A stretch of 62,382 bases of DNA, the filler included. It is 3 parts of 3 records of this genome, joined end to end, with 100 filler letters (N's around TTAATTAATTAA, not from the genome) between each part and the next. Parts side by side here need not be neighbours in the genome. Positions count along the whole stretch, not along the records: positions 44,502 to 62,382 come from DRR378314_1374; 2 more parts are not named here. The stretch is one strand, 5' to 3'. Under the pieces are notes generated by a model, which worked only from the letters and a program-made list of their open reading frames with translations, did not search any database and was not told where the DNA came from. Within the stretch, counting starts at the first letter, position 1. The number at the start of each line of letters is the position of its first letter. Position numbers and translations under genes: made by a program. Of this stretch, positions 44,402 through 54,076 are shown in pieces.

Positions 44402-44501
44402 NNNNNNNNNNNNNNNNNNNNNNNNNNNNNNNNNNNNNNNNNNNNTTAATTAATTAANNNNNNNNNNNNNNNNNNNNNNNNNNNNNNNNNNNNNNNNNNN
44501 N
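44402..44501. other. Artificial contig-joining spacer (N44-TTAATTAATTAA-N44)
   Basis: Same structure as 28171-28270; genes are truncated on both sides. Confidence 0.98.
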
Positions 44502-46341
44502 TGACGTGACTGATAGCGCCGCGGCTTCCAGCCAGCGAAACGACCATGTCATCGTTGAGCAAGCTGAGTTTGATGCGTGGCTAGCGCGACTGAAAAAAGC
44601 CGAGCGCTTTTGCTTCGACTTAGAAACGACCAGCCTGAATTATATGGACGCCGATATTGTCGGCGTTGGCTTGGCACTGGAGGCCGGTGAAGCTGCCTAT
44701 ATTCCACTGGCCCATGACTACCTGGATGCGCCCGCACAGCTTGATCGTCAACAGGTTCTGCAGGCATTAAAGCCGCTGCTGGAAGATCCTGAAAAAACCA
44801 AAATTGGTCAGAACCTTAAGTACGATATTTCCGTGCTGGCAAACTATGATATTCGCGTGGTGGGGCCGCTTGCCGACACTATGCTAGCCTCGTACGTGTT
44901 GAATTCCACCGCCACGCGTCATGATATGGATTCGCTGGCGCTAAAGTATTTGGGCGAAAAAACCATCTCTTTCGAAGAGATCGCTGGAAAGGGGGCCAAG
45001 CAGCTCACCTTTAACCAGATCGCCTTAGAGCAAGCGGTTCCTTATGCCTGTGAAGATGTCGATATCACGCTGCGGCTGCAAGAAATACTGCGTCCTCAGG
45101 TGGAACGGGAAGGGCGTTTAGCGGACGTGCTGGATCATCTTGAGCTGCCGCTGATTAACGTCTTGTCGCGGATTGAACGCAATGGCGTCGCACTGGATGC
45201 CGAACGTCTACACGAGCAAAGCCAGCAGCTAGAGCGCCGTATTCGTGAGCTTGAAAGCGAAGCCTTCGAGTTAGCCGGTCGTGAGTTTAATCTCGGTTCG
45301 CCCAAACAGCTGGGGCAGATTCTGTTCGAAGAGCAGAAAATTCCGGTGATCAAGAAAACTCCCAAAGGCGCACCTTCGACTGCAGAGGCGGTGCTAGAGG
45401 AGTTGGCGCTGGATTACCCCTTGCCCAAGGTGATTATGCAGCACCGGGGGCTGGCGAAACTTAAGTCCACCTATACCGATAAGCTACCGCGCCTGCTCAA
45501 TAAAGCTACTGGGCGGGTGCACACCAGCTATCATCAAGCCGTTACTGCCACTGGGCGGCTGTCGTCGTCGGACCCGAATTTACAGAACATCCCTATTCGT
45601 ACCGAAGAGGGACGCAAAATTCGTCAGGCATTTATTGCCCGCCCAGGCTACCGCATTGTGGCGGCAGACTACTCGCAAATTGAGCTGCGTATTATGGCGC
45701 ACCTCTCAGAAGATAAAGGGCTTTTAGAGGCGTTTGCGGAAGGGCGCGATATCCATACAGCGACCGCTGCCGAAGTATTTGGTACTGCGCTTGAAAAGGT
45801 CTCTGCCGACCAGCGGCGCAGCGCTAAAGCGATCAACTTTGGCCTAATTTACGGCATGAGCGCTTGGGGCCTATCGCGCCAGTTGCATATTGATCGCAAT
45901 CAGGCGCAAACCTACATCGACCGCTATTTTGACCGTTATCCTGGCGTTGCCCGCTACATGGATCGTATTCGTACCCAAGCGGCAGAAGATGGCTTTGTTG
46001 AAACCGTGCTAGGGCGACGGCTGTACCTGCCAGAGATCCACTCGCAAAACCGCAATCGCCGTCAGGGTGCTGAACGCACCGCCATTAACGCGCCTATGCA
46101 GGGCACGGCAGCAGATATCATCAAGCAGGCGATGATTGATGTCGATGCTTGGCTTGCTGAAGGCGATTTTGATGCCCTCATGGTTATGCAGGTGCACGAT
46201 GAGCTAGTGTTTGAGGTGGCCGATAAGCAGGTTGAGGCGTTTATTGAGCAAGTTCAGGCGCGTATGCAAGCCGCTGCCACGCTTAGCGTGCCGCTGATTG
46301 TTGAAGCCGAAAGCGGCGCCAACTGGGATGAAGCCCACTAG
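44502..46341 (+). CDS. polA: DNA polymerase I, 3'-5' exonuclease + polymerase domains (5' part missing at contig start)
   Basis: [71 protein letters not shown]. Confidence 0.97.
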
Positions 46342-46380
46342 TAACCACTAGCATGAAGCCCGCTAGGCTAAGCCCTCTAG
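46328..46380 (+). repeat. Four degenerate direct repeats of the polA 3' end, each ending CTAG
   Basis: ATGAAGCCCACTAG / TAACCACTAG / CATGAAGCCCGCTAG / GCTAAGCCCTCTAG. Confidence 0.6.
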
Positions 46381-46429
46381 GCCAAGTAAGGCTTAAACGG
46401 CGTTATGGGGTCGTTACCGGCACCCCAAT

Positions 46430-46465
46430 AAAAAACACCTGCAGCTGAGCTGCAGGTGTTTTTTT
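46430..46465. terminator. Bidirectional rho-independent terminator (polA / Fe3+ binding protein)
   Basis: AAAAAACACCTGCAGCT-G-AGCTGCAGGTGTTTTTTT. Confidence 0.9.
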
Positions 46466-46505
46466 AGTTAGGCTTGTGGCTCCTGAGTCCTAAGAGCCGC
46501 AGAGC

Positions 46506-47531
46506 TTAACGCCAGCTTACGCGATCGAAAATACGAATCGCTTCTGGGTTATTTTCACCCAGGATGCTGATGTTGATATCGTCTTTGGCGAAATCACCCC
46601 AAGATTCCAGCACCGGGTTTTTCTTGATGCCTTCCACGACGGGGAACTCGTAGTTACGGTCAGCCAGTACTTCCTGAGCTTCGTCAGAGGCTAAGAACTC
46701 CAGGAAACGAATGCCGTTTTCTGGGTTTTGCGCGTTAGCCACTAAGCCAGCGCCGCCAACGTTAATGTGGGTGCCACGGTCATCCTGGTTGGGGAAAATC
46801 ACCCCCACTTTGCGCGCGGCTTCGCGGTCGGCATCTTCATCGGAATGCAGCATGCGAACATAGTAATAGTGGTTTGCAACTGCTAAGTCACACTCACCGC
46901 TCGCAACGCCAAGAATCTGATCGGTATCGCCGCCTTCTGGGTCGCGCGCCATATTATTCACAACGCCTTGGGCCCACTCTTCCGCACCTTCTTCGCCATG
47001 ATGCTCAATCATTGACGCTAGCAGCGACTGGTTATAAATGTTGTTGGAAGAGCGAATGCATACTTGGCCTTCAAACTGCGGATCGGCCAAGTCTTCATAG
47101 GAAGTGATTTGGCTGGGGTCAAAGTTCTCACGGTTGTAGAAAATAACCCGTGCGCGCTGGCTAAAGCCAAACCACAAACCTTCAGGGTGGCGCATTGATT
47201 CTGGCAGGCGCTCGTTAAGCACGTCAGAGTCTACGCTTTGAAAAAGGCCGTCCTGCTCGGCGCGCCATAGGCGGCCTGCGTCAACGGTAAGCATTACGTC
47301 AGCAGGGCTAGCAATGCCTTCACGCTGCATGCGCTCCATCAACTGGTCGGAGTCGCCTTCCAGGACATTAACTTCGATGCCGGTCTCTTCAGTGAACGCT
47401 TTGTAGAGAATCTCATCAGAGTCGTAATGGCGGGCGGAGTAAATGTTGACCTCGTTAGCGAGCGCGCTACCTGCAAAAGCAGAACCTGCCATGATGGCAG
47501 CTACGGTAGCCGTAAGACGTGCTTTTTTCAT
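46506..47531 (-). CDS. Fe3+ ABC transporter substrate-binding protein (FbpA/FutA-type)
   Basis: Signal peptide, EVNIYSARHY, SPADVMLTVDAGRL, CIRSSNNIYNQSL, GGDTDQI, ANHYYY (Tyr ligands). Confidence 0.93.
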   Translation of the reverse strand: MKKARLTATVAAIMAGSAFAGSALANEVNIYSARHYDSDEILYKAFTEETGIEVNVLEGDSDQLMERMQREGIASPADVMLTVDAGRLWRAEQDGLFQSVDSDVLNERLPESMRHPEGLWFGFSQRARVIFYNRENFDPSQITSYEDLADPQFEGQVCIRSSNNIYNQSLLASMIEHHGEEGAEEWAQGVVNNMARDPEGGDTDQILGVASGECDLAVANHYYYVRMLHSDEDADREAARKVGVIFPNQDDRGTHINVGGAGLVANAQNPENGIRFLEFLASDEAQEVLADRNYEFPVVEGIKKNPVLESWGDFAKDDINISILGENNPEAIRIFDRVSWR

Positions 47532-47550
47532 AACAAATACCCTGAATGTT

Positions 47551-47697
47551 TATGATAATAAGTTGCATTAGCGACGTGGCGTATTGAAACGCTTCTCATG
47601 GTTGGCGTCAAGTTAAATGCTAATGAAACGCATCTGCTGTTTAGCAAGAAACGTGCATCTCTACTCAATAGAAAATAGAATGCAAATAACTTTCAAC
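47551..47697. promoter_or_regulatory. Fur-box-like sites in the divergent Fe-transporter promoter region
   Basis: TATGATAATAAGTTGCATT (47551-47569) and AATGCAAATAACTTTCAAC (47679-47697) resemble the 19-bp Fur consensus. Confidence 0.55.
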
Positions 47698-47755
47698 CGT
47701 GTTCGCAGCGGCATGCATTTATCATGTCGCGGGTGGACGAGACAATGGTGAAATA

Positions 47756-48853
47756 ATGACGGCCACTGTGTCACTTTCCGATGTGTCGGCGCCTGCATCA
47801 GCACTGTCGCTTCGTGGTATTCAGCACACGTTTGCGGCTAATAAAGTGGTGAAAGGCATTGATCTTGATATCGCTCCAGGCGAGGTTGTGTGTTTACTGG
47901 GCCCTTCTGGTTGCGGCAAAACCACACTGCTTCGGATTGCTGCGGGCTTAGAGGTCGTGCAGGAAGGCTCGGTTAGTCTTGATGGTCTATCCATTGCGGC
48001 ACCCGGTAAGCGTCATGTGCCACCGGAAAAGCGCAATGTTGGTCTCGCTTTCCAAGACTCAGCCTTGTTCCCACACCTTAGCGTGCTGGAAAATGTTACC
48101 TTCGGTCTGAAAAATTTGCCCTCTAGCCAGCGCCGGGAGCGTGCGCTGGAACTGTTGGCTCAACTCGGCATGGCCGACTACGCCGAGAGCTATCCGCATA
48201 TGTTGTCAGGTGGGCAGCAGCAGCGCGTTGCGCTGGCGCGCGCGCTGGCGCCCACGCCTAAATTAATGTTGCTGGATGAACCCTTTTCGAGTCTGGATGC
48301 GCGGCTACGTGATCGCATCCGAGACGATACGCTACACGTGTTGAAAAAGCTCGGCTCAGCGACCCTGCTAGTGACCCACGACCCTGAAGAAGCCATGTTT
48401 ATGGCAGACCGTATCGCGCTGATGCGGGATGGCGAAATTGTGCAGACTGGCACCCCCCGTGAGCTTTATTGTGCGCCAGTGGCTCCCTTTGTGGTGACGT
48501 TCTTTGGCGAGGTGAATGAGTTAAGCGGCATTGTTAGAGGGGGCTTTGTCGCTACGCCCGTTGGGCCGGTAGATGCCAGCTGGTTGCCAGAAGGCAGTAG
48601 CGTTCAGGTGATGATTCGCCCCGAAGCACTGCGTATCAAAGAGCGTGACTTGCCCGTCGAGTCGCATAGCCACAGTCATGTGGTCATGGCCAAGCTGCTA
48701 GGGCGTTCCAGCCTTATTCACTTATGTGCGCATGGAGAAGATGGTCAGGAAGCCCACCTTCACGCCCGTGTGCCAGGCGTGTTTTTACCCCAGGAGGGCC
48801 AGCCGATTGATATCGACTTGGACCACTCCCAGGTATTTATCTTTCCGCGTTAA
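47756..48853 (+). CDS. Fe3+ ABC transporter ATP-binding protein (FbpC-type)
   Basis: Walker A GPSGCGKT, PPEKRNVG, LSGGQQQRVALARA, LLDEPFS, VTHD, C-terminal TOBE; start uncertain (ORF open from 47699). Confidence 0.92.
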   Translation: MTATVSLSDVSAPASALSLRGIQHTFAANKVVKGIDLDIAPGEVVCLLGPSGCGKTTLLRIAAGLEVVQEGSVSLDGLSIAAPGKRHVPPEKRNVGLAFQDSALFPHLSVLENVTFGLKNLPSSQRRERALELLAQLGMADYAESYPHMLSGGQQQRVALARALAPTPKLMLLDEPFSSLDARLRDRIRDDTLHVLKKLGSATLLVTHDPEEAMFMADRIALMRDGEIVQTGTPRELYCAPVAPFVVTFFGEVNELSGIVRGGFVATPVGPVDASWLPEGSSVQVMIRPEALRIKERDLPVESHSHSHVVMAKLLGRSSLIHLCAHGEDGQEAHLHARVPGVFLPQEGQPIDIDLDHSQVFIFPR

Positions 48854-48880
48854 GTTTTCGCTGTTCAGCGCTTGCTTCCA

Positions 48881-50581
48881 CTACTCAGCCTGGCTCCCAG
48901 GGCGCGCCCGGCGCATTGCCAAGCTGAGTAAAATCACCGGTAAGATGCCCACTACCACAATGGTCAGAGAGGCGGTTGAAGCTTCAGCTAAGCGTTCATC
49001 TGAGGCGAGGCTGTGAGCGCGTACTGCCAGCGTGTCAAAGTTGAAGGGGCGCAGGATGATCGTGGCAGGCAACTCTTTCATCACATCGACAAATACCAGA
49101 ATCCCGGCTGCTAGGAGACTGCTGCGCATCAGCGGCGTATGAATATGGCGCAGTGTACCGCCAGCGGTTTGGCCCAAGGTGCGGGATGCGGCATCCATGC
49201 TGGGGGTTACTTTGCCAAGGCTCGCTTCTACCGCATTAAACGAGACGGCCAAAAAGCGTACGACATAAGCGTAAATCAAAATAAATGCTGAGCCGCTAAA
49301 CACTAGACCAATGATTTTTCCGTAGTGCTCGTGAAGCCACATGTTCAGCGAGTTATCCAGCCAAGCAAACGGAATCAGGATGCCTACGGCAACCACCGAG
49401 CCAGGAATGGCATAGCCCATTGCGGCGATACGGGTGAAAAATCGTGCGCTTGGTGAATTGTTGAGCCTAACCCCGTAGCTCAGAAGTACGGCTAAGCCTA
49501 CCGCAATCAATGCAGCAACGGTCGCGAGGCTCAGGCTATTCATAGCAAAGCCAATAAATCGTGTGCCGAACAAGCTATCGCCCGTTTTAATGGCCATATT
49601 GAGCAAAATGCCGCTGGGCAACAAAAAGCCGATAACAATAGGCAGCAAACACGCCAGGGTAGCCCCCATTGCATGCCAGCCACGCAGCTGATATTCCGGT
49701 AGTTGCTGATAGCGGTTAGTGGTATGGAAGTAGCGCCGTTTACCCCGCGAATAGCGCTCTAGAAGAACCAATACAATGACGAAGGTCAGCAAGCAAGCGG
49801 CTAGCTGAGCGGCAGCGACGGGTTCACCTAAGCCAAACCATGTGCGATAGATCCCCGTAGTGAAGGTATCTACTCCAAAAAACTGCACCGCGCCAAATTC
49901 GTTAAGCGTCTCCATCAGTACCAGTGAAACGCCGCCGACTAATGCCGGGCGGGCGAGGGGCAACGCCACGCTGGCAAACAAGCGCCAGGGGCCACGCCCC
50001 AGGGTACGGCCTACATCTAATACACATACCGACTGCTCAAGAAAAGAAGCCCTAGCTAACAGATACACATACGGGTAAAGCACAAAGGTAATCAGGATTG
50101 CCGCGCCGCCTAGTGAGCGCACATTGGGGAAATAGTAATCGCCCACTCCCCAGTCAAACCATTCACGCAACATGCTTTGTAGCGGTCCTGCTACTTGGAA
50201 AAAGTCTGTATAGGCGTAGGCAATGACATACGTTGGTACCGCTAGGGGTAACAGTAGCGCCCATTCAAATATGCGCTTGCCTGGAAAACGGCACATCACC
50301 ACCAGCCACGCAGTCCCGGCGCCTGTAATAAGAGTGCCAATGCCAACCCATAGCACCAGCCAGAACGTATTAGAGAGGTAGCGTGGTAATACGGTGCTTG
50401 CAAGGTGCTGCCAAACGCCCTCTGTCGGCACAAAAATATGGCTTAGAACCACAATAATAGGCAGGGCGACAACAAGGGCGATCAAAAAAAGCGCGATTGA
50501 CCAAGGGTTGAGCGATAGTGAAATGCGTGACGCAAAACCTGAAAGCAGAGCCGATGGTGAGCGGCGAGCTGGCGTAGACAC
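48881..50581 (-). CDS. Fe3+ ABC transporter permease (FbpB-type, duplicated domain)
   Basis: LLLPLAVPTYVIAY, LYPYVYLLARASF, METLNEFG, GYAIPGSVVA, FVDVMKELPAT.ILRPFNFDTLA. Confidence 0.93.
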   Translation of the reverse strand: MSTPARRSPSALLSGFASRISLSLNPWSIALFLIALVVALPIIVVLSHIFVPTEGVWQHLASTVLPRYLSNTFWLVLWVGIGTLITGAGTAWLVVMCRFPGKRIFEWALLLPLAVPTYVIAYAYTDFFQVAGPLQSMLREWFDWGVGDYYFPNVRSLGGAAILITFVLYPYVYLLARASFLEQSVCVLDVGRTLGRGPWRLFASVALPLARPALVGGVSLVLMETLNEFGAVQFFGVDTFTTGIYRTWFGLGEPVAAAQLAACLLTFVIVLVLLERYSRGKRRYFHTTNRYQQLPEYQLRGWHAMGATLACLLPIVIGFLLPSGILLNMAIKTGDSLFGTRFIGFAMNSLSLATVAALIAVGLAVLLSYGVRLNNSPSARFFTRIAAMGYAIPGSVVAVGILIPFAWLDNSLNMWLHEHYGKIIGLVFSGSAFILIYAYVVRFLAVSFNAVEASLGKVTPSMDAASRTLGQTAGGTLRHIHTPLMRSSLLAAGILVFVDVMKELPATIILRPFNFDTLAVRAHSLASDERLAEASTASLTIVVVGILPVILLSLAMRRARPGSQAE

Positions 50582-50689
50582 GTCGTTGTCTCCTTGGATG
50601 AGGGGCAGCTTGGCTCGTCAATGCGAAAAAATAGCGGCTGCAAATAGTATCACTTGCGTTAGGCGGCTGCAGCCAACATTGTGGCTATC

Positions 50690-50718
50690 AAAAAAATCCC
50701 CCCGCAAGGCGGGGGGAC
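50690..50718 (-). terminator. Rho-independent terminator of the TRAP operon
   Basis: TCCCCCCGC-aag-GCGGGGGGA hairpin with a T-run on the minus strand. Confidence 0.8.
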
Positions 50719-50747
50719 GTTGTGCGTTTTGCATCAGTAGCTTGGTA

Positions 50748-52079
50748 TCACTGGTAGCCCACCAGCACACTAGGTAGTCCCGTAATCAAGCTAGGGAAAA
50801 TAGCCATTAGTATGCAGGCGAAAAGGATGATGGCCACAAATGGCACGACGGCTTTATATAAGTCGACGATTTCGACCCCTGGTGGAGCCACCCCTTTCAA
50901 ATAGAACAGCGCATAACCAAAGGGCGGCGTTAAGAAGGAGGTTTGTAACACCACCGCCACCATGACGACGAACCACAGTACATCCACGCCCATCTGCGAA
51001 ATGATTGGCAGCATGATAGGGAAGCTAAGCAACACAATGCCAGTCCAATCAAGGAACATGCCGAGAATGAATACCAGGAACAGCATTAATAGCAGAGCAC
51101 CAACGGTGCCGCCCGGCATGGCCAGTACAAAGTCACTGATCACGGTCATCCCGCCACCAATCGAGAATACCCCAGTGAATGCGGTGGCCCCGACGAGCAC
51201 TAACATCACCATCGTCGTGGTTTTGCCAGCTTCAATCAGCGTGTTGTAACAGGTTGATAGTTTGCGGTCGCCGAAGATTAAAAACAGTAGGAAAGCGATA
51301 AAAACACCAATGGCGGATGCCTCAGTCGCTGTCGCCACACCGGTAAACAGTGCCCCTAGTACGCCGAGAATTAACGACATGGGGGGAACAACATACTTGC
51401 CCAGCATGATCAGTAGCTGTTTTGTGCTGACTTCAGCGCGCTCTTCTGCCGGAACTTTAGGGCCATAGCTAGGTTTGAGCCAGCAGATTACCAGCACGTA
51501 CAGGGCATACATCACTCCCAGTATCAGGCCGGGTACTAACGCGCCAGCAAAGAGTGCGCCTACGGAGACAGGTGAGTAGCTTGCCATCAAAATCAGCATA
51601 ATGCTGGGGGGAATCAAAATGCCCAGACAGCCGCTAGCCATGATGACGCCAGCACTCAGCTCTTTGTTATAGCCATACTTGAGCATTGGCACTAAGGCAA
51701 TCATGCCCATAACGGCAATCGACGCGCCGACAATGCCAGTGGTCGCTGCAAGTAAGACAGAGACAACCACCACGGTCAGCGCTAGTCCACCGCGAAGGTT
51801 CGCCAGCAGCAAGCGCATGGCGTCAAACATTTTTTCGGTGACGCCTGAGTCATTAAGGAAGCGCGCCATCAGAATAAACAGTGGTATCGCCACGAGTACA
51901 TAGTTGTCCATGGCGTTGCCATAGACGTTGTTAATGATGATACCCAGGGTATTAATGCCCGGCCCTAAATAAGCACCGATGACCGCCATGCCACCCAATA
52001 CAAAAGCAAGCGGGTGACCCATAAACAGGCCAACTAAAAGGCCTCCAAACATCACCAGCGTCAGTAGTTCTGCACTCAT
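50748..52079 (-). CDS. TRAP transporter large permease (DctM)
   Basis: LVAIPLFILM, LAATTGIVGAS, GCLGILIPPSI, LQTSFLTPPFGYALFYLKG. Confidence 0.95.
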   Translation of the reverse strand: MSAELLTLVMFGGLLVGLFMGHPLAFVLGGMAVIGAYLGPGINTLGIIINNVYGNAMDNYVLVAIPLFILMARFLNDSGVTEKMFDAMRLLLANLRGGLALTVVVVSVLLAATTGIVGASIAVMGMIALVPMLKYGYNKELSAGVIMASGCLGILIPPSIMLILMASYSPVSVGALFAGALVPGLILGVMYALYVLVICWLKPSYGPKVPAEERAEVSTKQLLIMLGKYVVPPMSLILGVLGALFTGVATATEASAIGVFIAFLLFLIFGDRKLSTCYNTLIEAGKTTTMVMLVLVGATAFTGVFSIGGGMTVISDFVLAMPGGTVGALLLMLFLVFILGMFLDWTGIVLLSFPIMLPIISQMGVDVLWFVVMVAVVLQTSFLTPPFGYALFYLKGVAPPGVEIVDLYKAVVPFVAIILFACILMAIFPSLITGLPSVLVGYQ

Positions 52080-52579
52080 GCGGACGTCTCCTCACGCAGC
52101 TGCATAATGGCGCGCAGAACGATAGCAATCGCCTGCAACAAAATAAGCACAGCAGCGACTACGATAACGCCTTTCACCGGATACACCGGGATTGAGACCA
52201 TTCCGTAGGTCGTTTCGCCACGACTGAACGAGCGCTCGAAAAAACGCCAACCGTAGGTCAATAACAGCCAGATGAAGGGCACAAAGAATATCAAGTAGCC
52301 GAGCAGGTCTAGTACGGCCTGCTTTTTACGTGATAGCAGGCGTTTAATAACGTCGACTTCCACGTGGGCATGGTGGCGCAATCCATAGGCGGCCATCAGC
52401 ATAAAGTGGGCGCCGAACAGCATTTTGGTGACATCAAACGCCCAGTCGCTAGGGCGGCCAAAGAAGAAGCGCGACACAATGTCGTAAAGCACTATTAGAG
52501 TAATGATGGCAATTAACGGTGCAATGATGCGGCCCAGCAGCTCGTTAATTGCATCGATCGCCTTGGCAATCGCGTTCAT
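52076..52579 (-). CDS. TRAP transporter small permease (DctQ)
   Basis: Four TM helices, SRFFFGRPSDWA, HVEVD; 4-bp overlap with dctM. Confidence 0.93.
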   Translation of the reverse strand: MNAIAKAIDAINELLGRIIAPLIAIITLIVLYDIVSRFFFGRPSDWAFDVTKMLFGAHFMLMAAYGLRHHAHVEVDVIKRLLSRKKQAVLDLLGYLIFFVPFIWLLLTYGWRFFERSFSRGETTYGMVSIPVYPVKGVIVVAAVLILLQAIAIVLRAIMQLREETSA

Positions 52580-52640
52580 GGAAGGTCTCCGCAGCTAAGC
52601 AATAACCGCCCCAGCAGCGCAGGGGCGGCACTTAAACGTC

Positions 52641-53744
52641 TTATAGGCAGGCTTCGATCTCTTCCAATGAAGGCAGGTTATCCATCGTGCGGCTCATGTT
52701 GAATGGTGCAGTAACATCACGCCATGTAGCGTACTCTTGTAGATAGGTAATCATGGAGTGATAGACCTTGGCGTGGTCGGGATTTTCACAAGCGCCACGT
52801 ACGATGACATCGTTGGTGATTTCCTGGATGCGCGCCAAGTCTTCTTCTGAGAACTGGTTAATGGTGACGCCCGCATCAATAAACTTCTGGGTTGCTTCGG
52901 TAGATTCACGCTCCGACCAGGAAAGTGACCAAGCCATGGTGGCTTCAGCCGCTATTTTAAGCTTAGTCTGGGTTTCTTCAGACAGGGCATCCCAAGCGTC
53001 TTTGTTAATCATAACGCCGAAAACGCTTGCCGACTGGTGCCAACCAGGTGTCGCCCAGTAGTCAGCAACTTCAGCAAAACCTGCCTTAAAATCAACGCCT
53101 GGAGTCGAGAACTCACCGGCATCAATTACGCCGCGTTCAATCGCTTGATACACTTCACCACCGGCCAGAGTGACCTGGGAGCCGCCTAGCTCTTCGAGTA
53201 CCCGGCCCTGGTCGCGTCCCGATAGACGCAAACGCTTACCTTCAAGATCTGCGATGCTCTCAATCGGGGTGCGGCCCATGAAACCAGATTCGTTGTTGGT
53301 AATGCCGTAGGGCAAATACACCATGTTGTACTGGCCATAGATTTCTTGATAGAGCTCAAAACCGCCCCATTGTTGAATCCAGTTCAAGTAATCCACGCCG
53401 TTAAACAGGCTGGTAGTGGTGGCCAGAGGAGAGAACGCTGGGTTTAAGCCTGCCCAGTAGCCTGGCCAATCGCCAGAAGCTTGGATAGCACCGGTTTCGG
53501 TAGCGTCAAACACTTCAGTGCCAGGCATTAGCGTGCCGCCCGCACGGAAGTTAATTTGTACTTCGTCACCTGCAAGTTGATTTACAAGCTCTACCCAATG
53601 CTGATCAACCTTAATCAGGTCAAGGTTTTCGGGCCAGGTAGTGGTCATTGTCCACTGCTCTTGCGCTTGAGCAGTAGAGGTGAGTGCGGCGAAAGCGACA
53701 CCAGCGGCGAGGCTGGTTAGTGCGAATTTAGTCATCTTTTTCAT
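52641..53744 (-). CDS. TRAP transporter substrate-binding protein (DctP; TakP-like monocarboxylate/2-oxo-acid group)
   Basis: Signal peptide, WTMTTTWP, EVFDA, GYWAG, DLEGKRLR, GGEVYQAIERGVIDAGEF, PGWHQ. Confidence 0.92.
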   Translation of the reverse strand: MKKMTKFALTSLAAGVAFAALTSTAQAQEQWTMTTTWPENLDLIKVDQHWVELVNQLAGDEVQINFRAGGTLMPGTEVFDATETGAIQASGDWPGYWAGLNPAFSPLATTTSLFNGVDYLNWIQQWGGFELYQEIYGQYNMVYLPYGITNNESGFMGRTPIESIADLEGKRLRLSGRDQGRVLEELGGSQVTLAGGEVYQAIERGVIDAGEFSTPGVDFKAGFAEVADYWATPGWHQSASVFGVMINKDAWDALSEETQTKLKIAAEATMAWSLSWSERESTEATQKFIDAGVTINQFSEEDLARIQEITNDVIVRGACENPDHAKVYHSMITYLQEYATWRDVTAPFNMSRTMDNLPSLEEIEACL

Positions 53745-53821
53745 TGTATGTTTCCTGGTACTTTGGCGGTTGGCGTTATTAGTGTTTATTACCTGAAAGC
53801 AGGAAAGTGCAGTGAGTGTGG

Positions 53822-53837
53822 CTTACGTTTACGTAAG
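53822..53837. promoter_or_regulatory. LiuR-type (MerR family) operator upstream of the TRAP operon
   Basis: CTTACGT-TT-ACGTAAG palindrome matching the TTACGTWWACGTAA LiuR motif as I recall it, 78 bp upstream of dctP. Confidence 0.65.
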
Positions 53838-54076
53838 GTAAACGCCGCTAGGCTGCATCGCTAAGCTAGCACACTCCCCCCGCTGCAGCGCAATATCAGT
53901 AACTCAAGGAATTTAACGTCGTATAAGATGTTTCTTTGAAAAATTTAGCTCATTAAAAACAATTATTTGTATATTTTTTAGTAACTTTCTTAACCTTAGG
54001 GTTAGTTCTAAGAGCGTTGAAAATTACGCTAATCTACAACCAAAGTTGTAAATAAAAGACAATCTCAGGAGTTGCT

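Noticed and set aside
46342-46505. Spot 42 sRNA, which follows polA in enterobacteria and vibrios
   Set aside because: No spf-like sequence seen; only short repeats and a terminator.
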